DNA of 64,000 nt from Gemmatimonadota bacterium (GTDB lineage: Bacteria; Gemmatimonadota; Gemmatimonadetes; Palauibacterales; Palauibacteraceae), in the NCBI GenBank assembly GCA_963666735.1, contig OY762926.1, positions 3,584,001 through 3,648,000 on the forward strand, in the 5' to 3' direction. Made by a program: the position numbers and the translations under genes. Below the pieces are notes generated by a model, which made no database searches, was not told the DNA's origin, and was given only the letters and a program-made list of their open reading frames with translations. This document shows positions 58,906 through 64,000 of this stretch, in pieces. Within the stretch, counting starts at the first letter, position 1. The number at the start of each line of letters is the position of its first letter.

Positions 58906-61900
58906 GCGGAGACCTCTGCCGCTCTCATCACTTCGCCGACGGCAATGCTCCAGCGGCTCGTGATCGTTGCGACCAGGCGGTTGAAGGGGTCTTGGATGCA
59001 TACAAGCTGCGGGTTGGGTGTCGCGCAGTCGTAGACCACGTACAGCCAGAACTCGTCGCCGAGGTGGCAGGCCGCCCTCCACTCGTTGTCCTCCATGCGG
59101 ATCTCGGCTCGGCCGGCGCGGCCCTTGACCTCGATGTGCCGCTTGCTGCCGTCGGGCCGGGTCGCGAGCAGGTCGAAGCCGGGGTAGTCGCCGAGGCCCG
59201 CCGTCCGCGCCCCGCTCGGTCGCGAGACATCCACCACCGTCGCCCCTTGTGCGCGCTCCCACTCTGAGGCGATGCGCATGGCCGTCTCCTCCACGTGCGC
59301 GTCAAAAGCCTCGACCTCCTCGCCGCCGCGGGGCGGGAGGGTGATCGCCAGCGCGCGGAAGCGAGGCTCCGCGGGAACGATGCGCCGCGCCGCCGCCTCC
59401 AGTTCCTCGACGGCGGCCAAGCGCTCCAGACGGAGGTTGGCCTGGTCCCGCTTCACTGCCTCCAGCTCTTCCGGGTCTGCGTCGGGGTCGCGCGACAGCG
59501 CCGAGCGACGACTGGCGGCCTCCGCCGCTCGCAGGTTGAGGTTCAGGGTGATCCGTGCCCGGCGTTCGGGAATCGCATCCCGAACCAACTCCCGTCGAGC
59601 CTCGGCCACGCGCTGCGCCTCCTCATGCAGATGCACGTTGGTTGCCGCGCGCAGCGTGACGGCCTTGTTCGCGAGGGGGACCGTGCCGGGGGGCACATGC
59701 CGGGCCTCTTGGAGAAACGAGAGGTATTCAAGGGGCAACGGCGCGATCCGACCGTCCTCCCCTTGTCGGAGACAGACAAGGCGCTTCTCGAGCGTGCGGT
59801 CCGCGGGGGCGCTGGGGGCGGTCTCGTCCTCCGCCTCCTCCAGCACAGCCAATTCGCCCAGGTGGACAAGGTAGGGTTCCTCGGCCCGCGGATCGATGAA
59901 GATCGCGCCCCGCTGGGCGTCTCTCTCGCACGTCGCAAGGACGCGAGCACACAGGGCGTCGAACACGGGTTCGCCGGGGTGGAGCCAGATGCAGGGCTCG
60001 TCGCCCTCCGGACGCCTCACGCGCAGCCGATCTCTGGCCTCGGGCGGATAGGCTTCCAGCGCGGGAAGCAGCGGATCCAATGCGCTCCCGCGGGCCGGAA
60101 CGAATGCAAACACATCGTTCAGGTCTCCGTGAAGGTTGAGTCCCAGCAGCGGCGCCGACAGTTCCACGAACCGCAACACCCATGCGGGAAGCAGATGCAG
60201 GTAGCGCTCGCTCTCGATCTCGCCGCGCAGGGTGTCCAGGCGGCGGGCCACATCGCCGCCTGGACCGTAGTGGCGCGCGTCGTGCTCTCCGATCTCGCGT
60301 ACCGCATCGCTTCCGAGTTGGGACATTCGATCGCGCGCTCGCCGCTCGCCCTGGTCGGTCAGGGTGTCCTGCATGTATTCGAGCAGCGACCGGTTCTCGA
60401 ACAGCCGCCCGATCACGTCGAACACCTTGTCCGATTGCAGCTCACGGCGGATCGCGTCCAGTCTCTCCAGCAGCACCTTGAGGACACGTCCCTCTCGCGT
60501 GTCGGTGGACACGAGGTTGAAGATGCGGACGTCGTGCTCCTGTCCGTAGCGGTGAATGCGACCCATGCGCTGTTCGAGCCGGGCAGGGTTCCACGGGACG
60601 TCGTAGTTCACCATCAGCCGGCAGAACTGGAGGTTGATACCCTCCCCGGCGGCGTCGGTCGCGACCAGGAAGCGAGCACCGGAGGGATCGCGAAAGCGCT
60701 CCACGGCCTCCTCGCGTTCGGGCCAAGCCATGCCGCCGTGGATCGTGGCCACCCGCCCCGCGTGCCCCAGCGCCTCCAGCCGCCTGACGAGGTAATCGGC
60801 GGTGTCGCGGTGCTCGCTGAACACGAGCCACTTCTTCTCCGTGTGCTCGGGGCTCTCCAGCAGCTCGCGGAGCCGCTCGAACTTCGACTCCCGGCCCGAG
60901 TCTATGAGATGGTGCGCGCGGTCCCTGAGATCGCGCAGCGTCTCGATTTCCTCCCGCAACTCCTCGACCGTGACCGCGACGACCGCCCCGAGCACCGCAT
61001 CCTCGTAGTCCTCGTTGCCTTCTCGCCGCCGGTCGTCGTTCTGATCGTCGGCCGAGTCGAATTCCTCGAAGAAATCCGCCCGGAATTTCCCGTCGAGGCG
61101 CGTCTGGCGGCGGCCGAGAGCGGCCGCGTCGATGCGCCCGGCTTCAAGATCGGCGACCAACGCCTCGACCTTCCGGATACGGCGCTCCAGCGACGTGAAC
61201 AGCGCCCACGTCGAACTGGCCAGCCGTCGCTGGAACACGCCCATGGCGAGCTTGACCGCCTGCCGGTTCTCCATCGCCCGGCCGTACGAGCGGCGGAGAT
61301 ACTCCGTGGTGCGGTCGTACAGCGCCCGCTCGCCGTCCGGTCCCTCCGTGAGGTCGTAACCGAACGTGTCGCAGCGGCGGTCGCGGAAGATTGGCTGGCC
61401 GTCGAAACCCAGCATCTCCTCCTTGGTGCGGCGAATGAAGTGGCGCGAGCGATCGTCGGGCGGGAAGCGCCGCCACGCCTCCTCCGTTCCGAACACCCGG
61501 TGATCCAGCAGCCGCCACAGGTGATGGTACGGAGAATCCTTGCCCATGTGGGGCGTGGCCGTCAGGAGCAGGAGATGATGCGCCGACCACTTGAGGGACG
61601 ACCAGTCGGGCTCCGTCGAGCCGCCTCGGTGTCCGTTCCCCCGCGGGGTGCGCACCCGGCCCGGCGTACCGGACGAACACCCCGCCAGCGCCTCGGCAAG
61701 CTTGTAGCGTTGGGTCTTGCGGGTTCTCGCGCCTTCGCTCGTGGCGCTCAGCTTGTGCGCCTCGTCAAAGACCACGAGGTCGTAGGGTGCCGTCCCCGGA
61801 TCGGCCAACCTCGAAAAGGCTGTGTTACCGCGCAGCGTGTCCAGCGAAACGATGACCCGGTCGCTCCCGGAGCCGGCGAACGGATTACCCGCCCGCGCAT

Positions 61901-62582
61901 CTGGGCCCGACACGATGCGGAAGTCGAGCCGGAACAGGGTCCGGAGTTCCCGCTCCCAGTTGCCCACGAGCCCGGCCGGCGGGACGACGAGCACCCGCCG
62001 GATCCGCCCTCGCATGAGCATCTCGCGAACGTAGAGCCCGGTCATGATCGTCTTGCCCGCGCCCGCGTCGTCCGCGAGCAGGAAGCGGAGCGGCTCCCGC
62101 GTGAGCATGTGCTCGTAGACCGCGATCCGCTGGTGGGGCAGGGGATGGATCCGCGAGATTTCGCTCGCGAACGCCGGATTGAACTGATAGCCGTGCGTCA
62201 GCCGGAGGCCTTCCACAAAGAGGGAGAGCCGGTCCGGGTCACCGTTGAAGTCGAGGAACGGAAGGTCGCGAGCGCCTTGAGCTCCGCCCTGAAGCGTGTC
62301 CGCTCCGTCAAGGTGTCGCGGGCGCTGCCGAGCCGTGTCCAGGGCGTGTTCCTCCTCCAGTTCGCCAAGCCGCCGCAACGCCAGCTTTCGGGGACTAGAC
62401 TGGCCCGTCTCCCACCGATGGACCGTGATGACCGAAACGCCGAGCCGCTCAGCAAAGCTCTCTTGGGTTAGCTTCAACCCGCGGCGAAGGCGACGAACGC
62501 GGGCCGGGATGCCTCCGTCGGCCTGGGCGGAAATCGCCGGGCTTACTGGGTTCGAAGGCGGCGAGTCGAGATGTGATGGCAT
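58902..62582 (-). CDS. XRE-HTH / SNF2 helicase / DUF3883 nuclease fusion (HmaA-like)
   Basis: LTQESFAERLGVSVITVHRWETG, LLADDAGAGKT, DEAH, TATPH, GEGINLQ, QRMGRIHR, GFDL..IEVKG. Confidence 0.9.
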   Translation of the reverse strand: MPSHLDSPPSNPVSPAISAQADGGIPARVRRLRRGLKLTQESFAERLGVSVITVHRWETGQSSPRKLALRRLGELEEEHALDTARQRPRHLDGADTLQGGAQGARDLPFLDFNGDPDRLSLFVEGLRLTHGYQFNPAFASEISRIHPLPHQRIAVYEHMLTREPLRFLLADDAGAGKTIMTGLYVREMLMRGRIRRVLVVPPAGLVGNWERELRTLFRLDFRIVSGPDARAGNPFAGSGSDRVIVSLDTLRGNTAFSRLADPGTAPYDLVVFDEAHKLSATSEGARTRKTQRYKLAEALAGCSSGTPGRVRTPRGNGHRGGSTEPDWSSLKWSAHHLLLLTATPHMGKDSPYHHLWRLLDHRVFGTEEAWRRFPPDDRSRHFIRRTKEEMLGFDGQPIFRDRRCDTFGYDLTEGPDGERALYDRTTEYLRRSYGRAMENRQAVKLAMGVFQRRLASSTWALFTSLERRIRKVEALVADLEAGRIDAAALGRRQTRLDGKFRADFFEEFDSADDQNDDRRREGNEDYEDAVLGAVVAVTVEELREEIETLRDLRDRAHHLIDSGRESKFERLRELLESPEHTEKKWLVFSEHRDTADYLVRRLEALGHAGRVATIHGGMAWPEREEAVERFRDPSGARFLVATDAAGEGINLQFCRLMVNYDVPWNPARLEQRMGRIHRYGQEHDVRIFNLVSTDTREGRVLKVLLERLDAIRRELQSDKVFDVIGRLFENRSLLEYMQDTLTDQGERRARDRMSQLGSDAVREIGEHDARHYGPGGDVARRLDTLRGEIESERYLHLLPAWVLRFVELSAPLLGLNLHGDLNDVFAFVPARGSALDPLLPALEAYPPEARDRLRVRRPEGDEPCIWLHPGEPVFDALCARVLATCERDAQRGAIFIDPRAEEPYLVHLGELAVLEEAEDETAPSAPADRTLEKRLVCLRQGEDGRIAPLPLEYLSFLQEARHVPPGTVPLANKAVTLRAATNVHLHEEAQRVAEARRELVRDAIPERRARITLNLNLRAAEAASRRSALSRDPDADPEELEAVKRDQANLRLERLAAVEELEAAARRIVPAEPRFRALAITLPPRGGEEVEAFDAHVEETAMRIASEWERAQGATVVDVSRPSGARTAGLGDYPGFDLLATRPDGSKRHIEVKGRAGRAEIRMEDNEWRAACHLGDEFWLYVVYDCATPNPQLVCIQDPFNRLVATITSRWSIAVGEVMRAAEVSA

Positions 62583-62640
62583 CGCGTAAGCTCGCCCCTT
62601 TCCGACACTGAGTCAAGCGGGCATGCACGAGTCGCCGGAC

Positions 62641-62660
62641 AATCTATCATTTGATATATT
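62641..62660. promoter_or_regulatory. AT-rich imperfect palindrome, candidate operator
   Basis: AAT-C-TATCA-TT-TGATA-T-ATT, 58 bp upstream of the HTH-helicase start. Confidence 0.5.
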
Positions 62661-62753
62661 GCGAACGCCACCACACGATGGCGTTGTCGCCAAGCGGTTG
62701 GCGGCGATACCGCGACCCGGTATGATCGCTCCACACAGGATCGAGGGGAATCA

Positions 62754-62997
62754 ATGCGCACGGTCGAAATCCACGATGCAAAGAGGCACCTCTCCCGTCT
62801 CGTTCAGGAGGCGGCGGACGGCGATCCGTTCGTGATCACGCGGGACGGAAAACCGATGGTCAAGGTGGTGCCGGTCGAGATTCCGGAGCCCGCGGGAGCC
62901 CGCTGGATTGGTTCAGGCCGGCGAGATCACCGTCCCGCCGGACTTCGACCGGATGGGGTCGGGAGAAATCGAGTCCCTGTTCGACGCCGATCCGTAA
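62754..62997 (+). pseudogene. Phd/YefM antitoxin, frameshifted near 62912
   Basis: MRTVEIHDAKRHLSRLV...ITRDGKP; the typical tail AGEITVPPDFDRMGSGEIESLF* lies in another frame. Confidence 0.75.
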
Positions 62998-63015
62998 ACA
63001 TCGGCGCGGCCCACC

Positions 63016-63321
63016 TCAGCCGCCGCTCAGGGCGGGGAGGACGACGACTTCGGCGCCGTCCGCCACGGGCGTATCCAGGCCGCTCAGGAAACGGATGTTC
63101 TCGCCATCCACGAAGACGTTCACGTGCGGCCGCAGGTGGCCCCGCTCCGTGATCAGACGGTCGCGCACGCCGGGGTGGGCGGCCCCGAGTCCGGCCAGGA
63201 TGTCCCGGACGGCGGCGGGCGCGCCGGGGATGTCGACCACCGCCCGCCCGCCGGCCAACTCCGTCAGCGCGGCCGGCAGCGTCACGCGCGCCACGCCGCC
63301 GGCCGGCGTCCCGGCGGGCAT
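63016..63321 (-). CDS. MoaD/ThiS ubiquitin-like protein
   Basis: VNVFVDGENIRFLSGLDT, C-terminal PALSGG. Confidence 0.9.
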   Translation of the reverse strand: MPAGTPAGGVARVTLPAALTELAGGRAVVDIPGAPAAVRDILAGLGAAHPGVRDRLITERGHLRPHVNVFVDGENIRFLSGLDTPVADGAEVVVLPALSGG

Positions 63322-64000
63322 CAGGCCTCCCGGGGGGCGCACGCCTTTACGCACACCACCGGCGGGAGACCCTCGCACACCAGCCGCCAGGTCGTCCCCG
63401 CGTCGCGAGAGGCGTACACCTTGCCGCTGCGGGTGCCGAAGAACACCTGTGCGGGGGCGAGCGTCGCCAGCGCGTCGCGCAGCACGGTTTCGTACGCGTT
63501 CCGCTGCGGCAGTCCTTCGGTGAGCGCCTCCCAGCTCGCGCCGCCGTCCCGGGTTCGGTAGACGCGCAGCTTCGCCTCCGGCGTACACCGGAAGCCGTCC
63601 GATTCGAGCGGGACGATGTAGACCGTGTCGGCATCGCCCGGGTGGATCGCCATCGCGAAGCCGAAGTCGGACGGCACCCCGTTGGCGATGTCCGTCCACG
63701 AATCGCCCCAGTCGTCGCTGCGGTACAATCCCCAGTGGTTCTGCAGAAAGAGCCGGGCCGGGTTCGACGGATGGTGCACGATCTTGTGCACGCACTGCCC
63801 GAATTCCGGGTGCTTGTCGGGGAGAAACTCCGCCCGCACCCCTTCGTTGCGCGCGGTCCACGTCGCGCCGCCGTCGTCGCTGCGGTACGCCCCCGCCGCC
63901 GAGATGGCGATCGTCGCGCGCCCCTCCGGCTCGCCGTCGGTGATGATCGTGTGCAGGCACAGCCCGCCGGCGCCCGGCTGCCACCGCTCCCGGTGCGGAT
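63321..64000 (-). CDS. BNR/Asp-box beta-propeller protein, 5' end outside window
   Basis: RSDDGGATW, RSDDWGDSW, RTRDGGASW, SRDAGTTW repeats; GQCVHK, QNHWG. Confidence 0.85.
   Translation of the reverse strand, partial: PHRERWQPGAGGLCLHTIITDGEPEGRATIAISAAGAYRSDDGGATWTARNEGVRAEFLPDKHPEFGQCVHKIVHHPSNPARLFLQNHWGLYRSDDWGDSWTDIANGVPSDFGFAMAIHPGDADTVYIVPLESDGFRCTPEAKLRVYRTRDGGASWEALTEGLPQRNAYETVLRDALATLAPAQVFFGTRSGKVYASRDAGTTWRLVCEGLPPVVCVKACAPREA

Noticed and set aside
59295..62471. 1058-aa plus-strand ORF
   Set aside because: Antisense shadow of the helicase
44125..62582. Calling the locus BREX or DISARM
   Set aside because: No PglZ/BrxL or DrmA/DrmB(DUF1998) genes recognised in the window

Overview
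High-GC bacterial window. Gene content and order are suggestive of Gemmatimonadota, but that is inference only. Positions ~1-38.1 kb are mostly core genes: DUF2442/DUF4160 TA pair, a DUF4377 lipoprotein, cupin, NAD-GDH, glnA, Sfp-type PPTase, UDP-sugar enzymes, guaB, mltD, moaC, holB, envC-ftsX-ftsE, pdxA-surA-mfd, BatA/DUF58, M28 peptidase, smpB, amidase, pyrK/pyrD, AmgK-RapZ fusion, MurU-like and a quinone oxidoreductase. This part also hides a 72-aa CxxU selenoprotein (in-frame TGA plus SECIS-like hairpin) that the ORF track misses. Positions ~38.2-63.0 kb form a visibly less GC-rich defence island. It has (i) a NYN/PIN nuclease + NACHT NTPase pair and (ii) a minus-strand Hma/'restriction-like' backbone (XRE-SNF2-DUF3883 helicase, DUF1156 methylase, DUF499 ATPase). 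Two cassettes are embedded in that backbone: m5C MTase-HerA-NurA-m4C-type MTase, and ABC ATPase-PIN. A downstream PD-(D/E)xK gene is split by an IS1380-family element with 13-bp IRs and a 5-bp TSD. The window ends with a frameshifted Phd antitoxin, a MoaD/ThiS gene and a partial BNR beta-propeller gene. All family calls come from motif reading, not database searches.
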